The notes below the pieces were generated by a model that saw nothing but the letters and a program-made list of their open reading frames with translations, was not told the origin of the DNA and did no database searches. From the human T2T-CHM13v2.0 reference genome, Homo sapiens, in the NCBI RefSeq assembly GCF_009914755.1, contig NC_060928.1: a DNA stretch of 64,000 nucleotides. One strand, given 5' to 3'. Below are positions 32,990 through 49,340 of the stretch, one piece after another; within the stretch, counting starts at the first letter, position 1; each line of letters begins with the position of its first letter. Position numbers and translations under genes: made by a program.

Positions 32990-33282
32990 CCTATGGGTCT
33001 TTGCTCAGATGTCACCTTGTCAGAGAAGTCTTTCCCAACCACAGGTGTGGCCTCAACCCCAGATATATGCTTTTCTACTTCTCTGCTTTATTGTTCTCCA
33101 TAACACTTCTCACCTCCTAAAATACTTTGTACATGTGTTATATTTTACTGCTTCATTTGATTTTCTGCCTATCTTCTGCCATCTGCCCCATGCTCACACC
33201 CACACCCTGCATCCCGAGCACCCACAACAGTGCCACATACATAGTAGGCGCTCGATAAGTATTTGTTAAATAATGAATGGAT
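32990..33282 (+). mobile_element. L2 3' end
   Basis: CTCAGATGTCACCTTGTCAGAGAAGTCTTTCC...CATAGTAGGCGCTCGATAAGTATTTGTTAAATAATGAATG. Confidence 0.75.
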
Positions 33283-33348
33283 TTGAGACTTTCTGAAACC
33301 CTAAGGAAGATAAGAGAAGGTATGATTTTTGATTAAGAAAAATGTTTC

Positions 33349-33657
33349 TGGCCAGACACGGTGGCTCACCCTTGTAATCACAGCAGTCCAAGAGGCTGAG
33401 GCAGGAGGACTGCGTGATCCCAGGAGTTCAAGACCAGCATGGGCAACACGGCAAAACCCTGTCTCTACATAAATTTTTTTAAAAATTAGCCTGGCACAGT
33501 GGCATGTGCCTATGTTCTCAGCTACTCAGGAGGCTGAATGGGAGGATCCCTTGAGCCCAGAAGTTTGAGGTGGCAGTGAGCTGTGGTCATGCCACCGCAT
33601 TCCAGCCTGGGTGATAGAGCGAGCGAGACCCTGTCTCTCAAAAAAAAAGAAGAAGAA
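33349..33657 (+). mobile_element. Alu SINE (AluJ)
   Basis: Diverged dimeric Alu. Confidence 0.92.
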
Positions 33658-34230
<573 letters not shown>

Positions 34231-34274
34231 TCCCCTGACTTCTGCTTAGACCAAAGCCTGGTAATTTGACATCC

Positions 34275-34400
34275 TCAGCAGAATCAGATGCATAAGCCCC
34301 AGATTCAAATCGCAGCTCTGCCACTTGCTGGCAGGGTGACTCTAGGCAAGGTTCTGGGCTCCTATGGGTAACTGTTTTCCTAGGAAGATAATGAAAAGGG
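34275..34400 (+). mobile_element. MIR SINE
   Basis: ATTCAAATCGCAGCTCTGCCACTTGCTGGCAGGGTGACTCTAGGCAAG. Confidence 0.7.
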
Positions 34401-34584
34401 AGGACCTAGCATGCTATGAGTCTACTTATGCCTCCCAACAGGCCAGTGGGGCAGGAAGGGAACAAGTATTACTAACACCGGAAAAAGAAATTAAAACCCA
34501 GGGGGACTATGTGACTCGGGTGTGGCTAAGCAACATGTCAAGTCAGTCGCCGGAGAAAAACCATCCAGGAAAGAGGTATCTTGA

Positions 34585-34974
<390 letters not shown>

Positions 34975-34996
34975 TAACAGCTTTAAAGCTATTGTA

Positions 34997-35320
34997 GGCT
35001 GGGCGTGGTGGCTCACGCCTGTAATCCCAGCACTTTGGGAGGCCTAGGTGGGTGGATCACTTCAGGTCAGGAGTTTGAGACCAGCCTGGCCAACATGGTG
35101 AAACCGCATCTCTACTAAAAATACAAAAATTAGCCGAGCATGGTGGCACATGCCTGTAGTCCCAGCTACTTGGGAGGCTGAGGCAGGAGAATCACTTGAA
35201 CCCAGGAGGCGGAGGCTGCAGTGGGCCAAGATTGTGCATGCAATCCAGCTTGGGTGACAGAGCAAGACTCCATCTCAAAAAAAAAAAAAAAAGAAAAAGA
35301 AAACATAAAATAAATACATA
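34997..35320 (+). mobile_element. Alu SINE (AluSx)
   Basis: Dimeric Alu, TSD TAAAGCT(A/G)TTGTA. Confidence 0.95.
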
Positions 35321-35997
35321 AAGCTGTTGTAAATTTTAAGTTTCTACTTTTAAGGTCTCTGATTTTAAAAACACTTCCCTATGGTAACTAAAACAAAGCT
35401 TCAGAAATTGTGGATGTTAGATGAGATCTGGGTTTTTGCTTGGGCAAGGCTTGGTGGTTGTGACGTTGCATGCTACATGTCCCAATGAAATCGCCTCCTT
35501 GAAAAAAACACAATCCACAGAAATCTATTGAAATGCAATCTATGGAAAATCTAACATGGCCTTGGGCCTCAGGCTTGTTCTTCCATTGCTGTCAACACAG
35601 TGAAATTCTGTCCCTGTTGATTACTCTTCTGTTTCCATGGGCTTGCTGATTAAATGCTATATGTATAACACTTTGAATCATTTAAATGAGAAAGAAAAAA
35701 AATCCTTCTCTTTTCTTCACCATGACATTAGAGCTACAGGAGTGACTGTCTGATATTAACTGAGCACATACTATGTTAAGAAAGCAACCTTAAATAAGCA
35801 AACTCAAATTGTATCTTTGAAGAAATTCTTCTTTCTGTCTGTTTCCTTTGTAGCAAGGGCGGAGTCAAAAACTGCCTTTCTTCTTCAACCTGTGAAATCA
35901 GATTTAAATGTATTTATGTATTTATTCTGGCTAGATGATATTCTCTTTGCTGGCACGGAATAAACTAGTCATAGAATTTTCTGTAAGTGAAAAACCT

Positions 35998-36293
35998 GGC
36001 TGGGTGCAGGAGAATCACGCTCGCCTATAATCCCAGAGCTTTTTGAAGCTGAGGTGGGAGGATTGCTTGAGGCCAGGAGTGGGGACCAGCCTGGGCAACA
36101 TAGTGAGACCCCATTTCTAAAAAAAAAAAAAAAAATTTAAATTAGCCAGGCATGCTGGTATGAAGACTTAGAAGGCTGAAGCAGGAAGATGCTTGAGCCC
36201 ACGAGTTCAAGGCTTCAGTGAGCTGTGATCACACCACTGCATTTCAGCCTGGGCGACAGAGCAAGACCCTGTTTGTTCAAAAAAAAAAAAAAA
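35998..36293 (+). mobile_element. Alu SINE (AluJ)
   Basis: Diverged Alu with internal deletion. Confidence 0.9.
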
Positions 36294-37251
36294 GTCAAAA
36301 GTCAAAAAAGCTGAACTTGAAAAAATTTGGTTCTGATCCCTCTCTGTAATGCTAGCACTCATGAAAAATTCAGCATTTGTGGAATTCCTTAGTTTATGAT
36401 TTAGGAATCTCCACCTGGCTCCTCACCCCCACCAGATACAAGCCTCTCTCTTCTCTTGGGACCAGGACGAGGCTGCAAGCCTGAGCGCCACAGGGCTGGG
36501 TTCTTCAATGCATGGCCTTGGTGAGTTATCCTGGGGAGTTTTGTAGGGAAAGTGCCAACCCGGCCAAGCTATAGGTGCCCAGGAAAGCCCTGATTTGTGA
36601 GTGGATGGTGTGTTGGACACACAATCTCGAAGGAGTGGCAGGGGCCTATTCATTTCCTTTGCAGGATTTAAAACTAAGATGGCAGTGATGGAGGAACAGA
36701 TGGCAAGTGTTAGTCAGAGGGAGAGACTTAGTATGCTCATATGGGCTCAAATTTTTTCATGAGAGAAATGCTCTCCTGACCCTCTCTAGCCCCAAAAGTC
36801 CAGAGGAAGAATTTTGCAAGCATGATTAGTGTTTTTAAATGTATTACTCTCTCCCATAGGTTTCTATCGGGCTTTAAAATATTCGATTCAGTGTCCATCT
36901 AATCTTTACAAGTTATTTTCACATGTGTCAATCAATGCCTTTTTTCCAAGTTGCTGCTTATTCCTCATGTATATGTGTGTGTTTGTGTGTGTGTCTTGCC
37001 TTCTAAGCTAGCTCCTTTGCTGAATATTTATTGAGCACCTATTATGTGCCAAGGACAGTATATAGTAGTATGAACGCAAATGCCGTGGCATTGACATTCT
37101 GATTAGGAACTCTTCGCTGATTCTGCTCCTTTACCTTCTCTGTGCTGCCTTTGCTTCCCAGTTACTTTATAACATATACTTCATATTCATCTTCAATTTT
37201 TCATCTAAAGATAGGATGCTACATAACATTTTCAAAAAAGTAAAGTCACGT

Positions 37252-37800
37252 CTGTCATGAAGATATAAAGTGAACCTATGCCAAAGATTTTAATTTATTA
37301 ATTTATGAGGGATCCAGAAAAAATGTTAAAACCAATTCAAAGGACAATTTGAAAAACAGATATATATGTAGGCAATCTGGAATGTTGCAATGAATTTACT
37401 AATAGGTACAAAATTGGCTGATATCTGATAGAAAAAATATGTAGTGTTTTGGGTCATTTACTGGGTAGAAATCAATTGCATTACTATCAGATAAAATTGA
37501 TGTGCATATTCAAAACAAGAATCATTTGAATAACTATGGACAGGACACATCTGCATTGCTATCGGTTTTCTACAACTTAACTTCTACACCTATAGGATTA
37601 TGAAATAGACTAATCAATCCAAGATAATCAAAAGTTTCTATTCCTATAGAAGCAGATAATTCCCAGACTATCTCCTAAGACACTCAGGGACTCTACTGAA
37701 ATAACACTCAAAAATCTCTTTTGCCCCTTTACAAGTCTTTATAATTTTCCTGACAGGGGCTTTACAAGGAGAAAATTAAGCTCAACTCTTGTCAGTTTCT
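37252..37800 (-). mobile_element. Probable old ERV1-type LTR (MER90/MER110-like)
   Basis: Starts TGTCA; antisense CTGGATCCCTCATAAATTAATAAA poly(A)-signal context; family recalled from memory only. Confidence 0.35.
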
Positions 37801-37929
37801 AGCAGATTTGAAGTAACAATGATTAGTCCGTTTTAAAAATAGCTTTTGGTGGGAGTTCCACTTACATGATATCTGGCAGGCATCAGGAAGTTTGGCTATG
37901 GGATGGATATATAAGGTTCTAAGGAGGCC

Positions 37930-38145
37930 ACAGTGCCTGGTGGCTAAGGGTGCTGCCGTGGGAGCAGGGTGGTTGTGCTCCTGTATGATCTTAGCTTTCT
38001 CTGCACAATTTCCTCCTTTCTAAAGTGGAGAAAATAACAGTAGCTATTTCATAGGATCATGTTGAGAACTAAATAAGATAATACACATGAAGCACCCAGC
38101 ACAGTGCCTGGCCCACAGTATGTACTCAATAAATGTTAACTATTT
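37930..38145 (+). mobile_element. MIR SINE
   Basis: TTTCCTCCTTTCTAAAGTGGAG...GCACAGTGCCTGGCCCACAGTATGTACTCAATAAATGTTAACTATT. Confidence 0.8.
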
Positions 38146-38186
38146 GTTTGAAGAAAATGTCTGTTACAGGTGGTAGTTTCAAATGA

Positions 38187-38579
<393 letters not shown>

Positions 38580-38782
38580 TGTTTGATATTTTCAATGTTT
38601 ACACAAATTCCCGTGGTTGCTTACATTTGCTTTTAATGTAGGATGATTCTAAGACCAGTCCAGACAAGCGGTGACGAATTTCAGTAAAACTTCCTAAGAA
38701 GATGGCAGGTTTTTGCATGCCACAATTAAAACTTCTCATTTCAGGCAGAGGGAGGTAAAAAGGTTTTTGTGAGTGAAGTTGA

Positions 38783-39522
<740 letters not shown>

Positions 39523-39606
39523 CTATGAAAATGCCTTAGGAGCTTTGCAAACATTTTATTCAAATTTCAATTTTAACTATTTACAAATTTATTATTAAAA
39601 GCAAAT

Positions 39607-39756
39607 GGCTTGGAATAATGAAAAAGTTCTGGAAATAGACAAGAGTGATGGTTGCACCTTGTGAATGCACTTAATGCCCTTGAATTGTACACTGAAGCAT
39701 GGTTAAAATGGCAAATTTTATGTTATAAATATTTTACCACAACATAAAAAAAATTT
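39607..39756 (+). mobile_element. L1MB-like 3' end
   Basis: AAAGTTCTGGAAATAGA...TGAATTGTACACT...TTTTACCACAAC plus A tail; TSD AAAGCAAAT. Confidence 0.85.
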
Positions 39757-40136
39757 AAAGCAAATACAGCTGCATTAAAATGTACTACATTTTAATAAAT
39801 TGGAGACTTCCCATGTGCTATCCAGTTTATGCAGACTTCTGGATAAAACTTTTTTTTTCATGTTTGTTTACTTGAAGAATATTTTGAAATTGAAAGGTAA
39901 CTCTTTAAAAACTGCTACCATTTGCAACTATATTTCTATCCAAATAAGAATTTTCTTATATATTGAGTAACCAAAACGAAATACAGAAACAAATCAGATG
40001 ATGAGGCTCTAACTGTTTTCCATTGGGTTCAATTTGTAAACATTTGTGTTAAACAAAAACAGCCTGTTTGAATGACATTATAAGGAGTTGTCTTAATTTT
40101 ACCATATAAAAACAATTTATACTAAAAATCTCATTT

Positions 40137-40212
40137 TACTCATTTTTTATTTATTTTTATGAAGAAAGGAGGTTTAATTGACTCACAGTTCCGCAGGCTT
40201 AATGGGTAGTAT
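40137..40212 (-). mobile_element. Retrocopied THE1D/MSTA LTR transcript 3' fragment
   Basis: Sense AAGCCTGCGGAACTGTGAGTCAATTAAACCTCCTTTCTTCATA plus A-rich tail; 15-bp TSD CTAAAAATCT(C/T)ATTT. Confidence 0.75.
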
Positions 40213-40257
40213 CTAAAAATCTTATTTAAATTTGTTGTATTTTAGGATACTGTTTGA

Positions 40258-40646
<389 letters not shown>

Positions 40647-41514
40647 TGAAAAGATGTGTATTCTTTGCAGTCACTTTTAGTAGCCAATGAAAAAAATAAT
40701 ATAAGCAAAGCAAGCTGTGTATTAATCTTCAGAGTAGGCAAAGCAAAAAGGTGGAATTGTCCAGCAAGCCTTTCCCCCATTTACAATGAGCTACACGTAA
40801 ATAATCACAGCCACTGGAGTTCTAATTCCTTGAAGATGTCTGGACAGAAGAGTTACGCTAATTTAACAGTTCTTAGTTTTAGTCTTACAAAGTTATTTCT
40901 TAAAACTCCTTTGTTCTAATATAACACTCCTATTCTATTTGAATTATAGAGCTCTCTCAAATAAAGTGCTTCATTCTTTCCAAATTATCTAGACCAGGGG
41001 CAACTTCCCCTGACAGATTTTCATGCAAACTTTATGTGTATTTGTGTATGTATGTGTTTATCTAGGAAGAGAGTCAGTTTCTCAAGGGATTCTACAAAAT
41101 GTAAATAATTGCCTTCATTCGTAATCCTCTCTCTCTCTTTTTTTTTTTTTTTTTTTTTGCTAATGTAAATCTTGCCTGTGAATCATCTAAAAAGGAATTT
41201 TGCTATTGATAGTAGGATCATGTCACCAAGCAAAATAAATCCTTGAAAAAAAAATGTCCATTTCTGGTGCATTTATTTTTTTTCTGGGATAAAGTGCCAA
41301 CACCATGTCAAAATCCGCATGCTATTATGAGACTATTCTTGAATCTTAATTTCCAGTTTAGCATTAAATATGGGAACATGAAAATTAAAAAACAAAATTA
41401 TCTGATAAAAAATAAACTGGTGCACCCACATAACAGTTGAATGACACATTTCATATTCGAATAAAGATCTAAGAAATTTAAATTACAACAAATCAAATGA
41501 GCTTCATGTATTTC

Positions 41515-42230
<716 letters not shown>

Positions 42231-42263
42231 TCTTATTTTTAAATTAAAGATATAGGATTTTCT

Positions 42264-42572
42264 GGGCCAGGCGCAGTGGCTCACGCCTGTAATCCCAGCA
42301 CTTTGGGAGGCCGAGGTGGGTGGATCACCTGAGGTCAGGAGTTCAAGGCCAGCCTGGCCAAGATGGCCAAACCCCGTCTCTACTAAGACTACAAAAATTA
42401 GCTGGTAGTGGTGGCAAGTGCCTGTAATCCTAGCTGCTCTGGAGGCTGAGGCAGAAGAATCACTTGAACCCGGGAGGCGGAGGTTGAAGTGAGCCGAGAT
42501 GGCGCACCTGCACTCCAGCCTGGGCTATAGAAGGAGACTCTGTCTCAAAAAAATAAAATAAAATAAAATAAA
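42264..42572 (+). mobile_element. Alu SINE (AluSx)
   Basis: TSD AAAGATATAGGATTTTCT. Confidence 0.95.
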
Positions 42573-42649
42573 GATATAGGATTTTCTAAAGCAAAAGGGG
42601 CCTGAGGCTACTGATTTTCTCTTCTTTCCTGCTGAATACATTTAACTAA

Positions 42650-42945
<296 letters not shown>

Positions 42946-43405
42946 TATTTAATACAATGATTTTTATGGTTTGGAAGGTGTCCAAAAGATTTAAGCTGGA
43001 GGCAAATGCTATTGGGTAGGTCAATAACCCCCAAGTTTCCATTTTCTTACAATATCCAAAATACACGATTAAATATGGTAGTGGTTATTGAAAGCACCTC
43101 TCAAGTTGCAAAATTCTTCTTAATAGTATTTATCTTATTGTTATATGTTATACTGCCTGACTACAAAATCTAAAAGTGAGAAATAAGCTGTGAAGAGAAT
43201 AAAGGCTAGGAAATACAGGACTGCTGACTTTACACCCTATTTCATCTGAACATGCTCTAATGTATTTCCTTAACAGCTTCTTTGTTGCATTTTTAAAGGT
43301 TGTCTTCCACTTACTAACTCTCCCATAATTGAGATTCTTCAGCCTCCAACTTCATACTTAGTGAAAACAATTTTGGTTTTGCAATTATTATTGGTAAGAA
43401 ACTGA

Positions 43406-43779
<374 letters not shown>

Positions 43780-43859
43780 TAAAGTCTTTTGTTTGAGATT
43801 AAAAACAACAACAACCAGTCTGTTGTGTGTCCTCCATCCCCAGAACAGGTTAAACTTAA

Positions 43860-44156
<297 letters not shown>

Positions 44157-44905
44157 AAACTTAACTTTTTATTCAAACATATATCTCAGTGTCCAGACTC
44201 CGGAAAGGCATTTCTGTATAGCAGGCCCAGTCTCAGATAAATATTCTAAACTTCCACCCCTCCGCCCCCACCCCCGCCACTTACCATGGTGATAACTGGG
44301 CCCCAGTGTTATGGAACTAGTAGCATCTGCCACCTCCATTCAGTTATCTATTAGGGCATAACAAGTTACCCCAAAACACAGCCGCTTCAAACAATAAACG
44401 CATATTATCTCTACCCCATTTCATTCCTGCCACCTCTAGTATAAGAACAACTATCTACATCCGGTGCTGGTAAAACCCCTACTGTCATTTCAAAGAGTCT
44501 CCTCCAAGATCTCTCTGCCTCAAAATTTTAATAAATGAATATTACAGTTTGAAAAAAATAGAATGTGAGAGAAGGGAGACAAAACATTGGTATCAATAGT
44601 GACTGCCATCAACTCTACACCTCACACCAAAACCCTTATGTAAAAATGGCATGTTACCTGCTTAATGATACTGATACGTTAAAAAAAAAAAAAAAAAAAA
44701 AAAAGTGGCACATTATCAAATGCATTCCAGACAAGTTTCCTGAAGCATCTTCCAACCAGAATGCAATCCTTTTAATTCAATCTTATGCAGAAATTCTCGA
44801 GCCATCCCTGTCTGAATATAAATTACTATGTGTATACCCAAAGACTAACAGCAAATTGTTGGATATATGAGTGAAATTACCCACTGAGAGAGTATTCAAA
44901 ATTTT

Positions 44906-45105
44906 AGTCCAGACCAGCCTGGGCAACATAGGGAGACCCCATCGCTACAAAAAATTATTTTTAAAAATTAGCCGGGCTTAGTGGCGTATGCCTGTAGTCC
45001 TAGCTGCTCAGTACACTTGCTTGAGCCCAGGAATTCAAGGCTGCAGTGCGCTATGATCGTGCCGCTGCACTCCAGTCTGGGCGGCAGAGTGAAAGCTTAG
45101 GCTAA
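44906..45105 (+). mobile_element. Truncated Alu (AluJ)
   Basis: AGACCAGCCTGGGCAACATAGGGAGACCCC...TTCAAGGCTGCAGTG. Confidence 0.88.
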
Positions 45106-45197
45106 AAATCTTTAAAACATGTTTTCATCCTACCATATTAATTTGGAAGACTGGCTTTAAATATCACGTGGGACAGTAATTATAGAACATGTACTGT

Positions 45198-45496
45198 GGG
45201 CTGGGCATGATGACTAGCGCCTGTAATCCCAACATTTTTGGTGGCCAAAGCGGAAGGATCGCTTGAGCCCAGGAGTTTGAGAGCAGCCAGGGCAACACAG
45301 TGAGACCAGGTCTCTTTAAAAATAAAAAATTAGCCAGATGCGTGGTGGTGAGCACCTGTGGTCCCAGCTACTTAGGAGGCTGAAGGATCACATGAGCCAA
45401 AGAAATCAAGGCTCTCGTGAGCTGTGGTCGCACCACTGCACTCCAGCCTGTATGAAAAACCGAGACCCTGCCTCAAAAAAAAAAAAAAAAAAAAAA
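45198..45496 (+). mobile_element. Alu SINE (AluJ)
   Basis: Diverged dimeric Alu with poly(A). Confidence 0.92.
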
Positions 45497-45789
45497 GAGA
45501 CAAACAAAATAATTCATGTACTTTAAGCTCTTGGCTTAAAGCTTTGAATCTCACATGTGATCTCTCTGTCCTTCAATATCCTATAATTCATTGTTCTGAC
45601 TGCACATAGAACATCCCATTCTTACCAGATTGGGGGAACTTCAGGACCAGAATTTAGGCTTAAATTTTTTGATTCCATACAGCATCTTACAAACAGCAGG
45701 TGTTCATGTCAATATATATTAATTATGTGCAATTTCTTTATCTGAGGGGCACCCTTTCTTTTGTAAAATGATGTTGTAAAGTAAAACCT

Positions 45790-46122
<333 letters not shown>

Positions 46123-46259
46123 TGAAAAAGACAAAGGAAAGAGCTAGCATGCTACGGTAAAAAGAGAGTATTGATTTTAAACCATGTCACTGTTCTGAGA
46201 TCTGTGCTCAAAAATAAAGGAGTATTTTAGGTCATTGGAAAAAGAAGAAAGAGAGAAAA

Positions 46260-46555
46260 GATTGGGCACAGTGGTTCGTGCCTGTAATCCCAGCACTTTA
46301 AGAGGCCAAGGTAAGAGAATCACTTGAAGCCAGGAGTTTGAGACCAGCCTGGGCAGCATAGCGAGACCCCATCTCTAGCAAAAAAAGTAAAAAATATAAT
46401 AACAATTAGCCAGACATGGTGGCATGCTCCTGTAGTCCCAGTTACTCAGAAGGCTCGAGTGGGAAGATCGCTTGAGTCAGGGAGATGGAGGCTACAGTAA
46501 GTTGTAATCATGCTGCTGCAGTCCAGCTTGGCTGACAAAGTGAGACCTTGCCTCG
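46260..46555 (+). mobile_element. Alu SINE (AluJ)
   Basis: Diverged dimeric Alu, tail replaced by a purine tract. Confidence 0.9.
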
Positions 46556-46870
46556 GAAAGGAAAGGAAAGGAAAGGAAAGGAAAGGACAGGAGAGGAGAG
46601 GGGAGGGGAGGGGAGGGGAGGGGAGGGGAGGGGAGGGGAGGGGAGGAGCAGAGAAGAGAAGAAAAGAGAAGAAAAGAAAAGAAAGGAAAGGAAGGAAAGG
46701 AGGGAAGAAAAGAAAGAGAAAGAAAGAAGAAAACGAGAAAGGGAGGGAGGAAGGCAGGAAGGCAGGACAGAAGAACGCAGGCAGGCAGGCAAGATGGAAG
46801 GAAGGAAGGGAGGGAGGGAGGGAAAGAGAAAGAAGGAGAAAGAAGAACTCCAATAGAAGAAGACCAGGGA
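46555..46870. repeat. Polypurine tract (GGAAA)n-(GGGGA)n-(GAAAA)n-(GGAA/GGCA)n
   Basis: About 300 nt, almost purine-only on the + strand. Confidence 0.95.
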
Positions 46871-46879
46871 AGGGTCTAG

Positions 46880-47010
46880 GCCTAATTTTGTCATTTGTTT
46901 AAATGTCTTTGAGCATCTCATTGAACTCTCTCTGCTTCTCTGCATTTGCATCTGCAAAATGAGGAAACTGCACATGACTCTGAGGTGATTTCCCACTCAA
47001 TGATCCTAAG
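46880..47010 (+). mobile_element. MIR/MIR3 SINE
   Basis: CTCTCTGCTTCTCTGCATTTGCATCTGCAAAATGAGG core. Confidence 0.55.
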
Positions 47011-47119
47011 ATATTTGAGTACTTGAATATCCTTCAATGATAACATCTGGGAAGAGTATAAAGTCTGATATTAGTCCTCAGTAGTGCTCTCCAAAAGGAT
47101 GGGTAGATAACTACAGACA

Positions 47120-47650
47120 TTTTTAATTACATATCACTGAGTAACAAATTACCTCCAAATTTAGGAGCTTAAGGCAAGAATAAACATTTATTCTCTCACA
47201 GAGTTTCTCAGGGTCAGGAATCCAGGAGTGGCTTAGCTGGGAGGTTCTAGCTTGGGATCTATAAAGGGATTGTAGTCAAGAAGTTGGCTGGACATACAGT
47301 CTTCTGAAAATTTGACTAAGGCTGAAGAATCTGTTTCCAAGGTGGCGCTCTCATGGCCGATGGCAGAGTCTTCAGTTGCTTATCACAGGGACTTCCTTGC
47401 AGAGCTGTTTGAGTGCCCCTCTGGCATGGCAGTTGGCTTCTTCTGCAATGAGTGATCTAAGAGCAAGAGCAAGGAGGAAGCCACAATGCATGTAATGACT
47501 TATTCTCACGGGTTGCACATTGTCACTGCTGCCACATTGAATTCGCTAAAACTCAGTTACTGACTACAGACCACACCCTAGGAGAGAAGAATTAGGCTCC
47601 ACTTCTTGAAAGGAGTATCAAAGAACTTGCAAATTTATTTGTGAGTTTAT
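47120..47650 (-). mobile_element. MLT1-type MaLR LTR
   Basis: GTAACAAATTACCTCCAAATTTAG...CTCACAGAGTTTCTCAGGGTCAGGAATCCAGGAGTGGCTTAGCTGGG. Confidence 0.8.
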
Positions 47651-47739
47651 TTTAAAAGCCCTCACAAACACGTATTCTTTAAACTAGAGTGGCTCAGCCC
47701 TGCAAGACAGGGAAGTTATAACAACCAACATTTCTAGAG

Positions 47740-47935
47740 TGACTCACTGTTTAGAAAGTATTTCCCCATGTTTTCTCATTGGGTTGTCACAACCCCCCAG
47801 TGGAACAACAGCATTAATATCCCCACTTAAAAATGAGGAAATGGAAGCGAGGTCACTTTTGTACAGTTATTTAACAAGTAAGTTGTATAGCTGGGGATTA
47901 AGCCCAGCACAAAGCATAAGGCCTTTTCACCATCC
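47740..47935 (-). mobile_element. MIR SINE
   Basis: TCACAACCCC...ATCCCCACTTAAAAATGAGGAAATGGAAG...GCTGGGATTAAGCCCAG. Confidence 0.6.
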
Positions 47936-48121
47936 TTCAAATGAGAAACTTGGCATGAAGGCCTTTGCACAGAAAAGTTTCATTAGGAAGATTGACTATT
48001 CCTTACTTCCTACCAATTGTTTTTACCTATTTTATTAAATTTTTTTATGTTTAACTTACATACTTCCAAAATTACTTGAAGCAGTTTACAAATAAAATGT
48101 TTAAGAAAGAAAGAGGAGTAG

Positions 48122-48436
<315 letters not shown>

Positions 48437-49050
48437 CTAGGCACCAGAAATGATCATATTACAACACTTGGCAATAAATTTGGTTCAGATCTTTCTGGCA
48501 GCAGAGGTGAAAAGAGAAGCGTGATAGGCTGCAGAGATTTCACTTTCTGACAAGAGTGAGCATGCATGCTATCATTGCCTGAAGCTAAATTCAAGAAGGA
48601 CTTTATCACGTGGAGTTGTGTAGAGTTAATACCGCTTAACATTGTGGTCAGTATCTTCAATCACACGCTTGCAAAAGATGTACTCATATTAACCCTGAAT
48701 GTAAACAGAGGACACACCTCACCTGTAAGTTGGTTAATATATTTGAGGAAGAAGCTGAGGAAAGGTGGCCCAGGTACCTTTCTCTCTAATGTCTTTACCA
48801 AATTAAGGCATAGAACTTGGAGAATATACAGGAATTGAAGGTTGATCTGTCTGGTGGACTGTCTCTCAAGTATCAGAGTTGTGAGAGTGCTTGAATGACC
48901 TGCTAAATCTTGTTAATTTGTCTTGGCATCTTGTAACAGGTACCTACCTGTAATATAAATATTCTATATTGTCAATTAATTAAGGACTTTGCTAAAAGAG
49001 AGCAAGGAATGCCAATATAAAGTTAAAGAAAAATATAAAATAAATAAGTT

Positions 49051-49340
49051 AGGCTGGGCAGGGTGACTCATGTCTGAAATCCCAGGACTTTGGGAGGACA
49101 TGGTGGGAGGGTTGCTTGAGGCCAGGAGTTCGAAACCAGCCTAGGCAAAACAGCGAGACCCCACCTCCCATCTCTACATGTGACTTAAAAAACTTAGCTG
49201 GGCATGGTGGTACATGCCTGTAGTCCTAGCTACTTGGAAGACTGTGACAGGAGGTTCACTTGAGCTCAGGAGTTTGAGGCTGCAGTGAGCTATGATTGCA
49301 CCACAGAACGAGACCCTGTCTAAAAAAAAAAAAAAAAAAA
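49051..49340 (+). mobile_element. Alu SINE (AluJ)
   Basis: Diverged dimeric Alu. Confidence 0.9.

Noticed and set aside
43299-43393. Possible + strand exon (TTTTTAAAG|G ... TTG|GTAAGA)
   Set aside because: Splice-like motifs alone are common; no partner exons or coding signal
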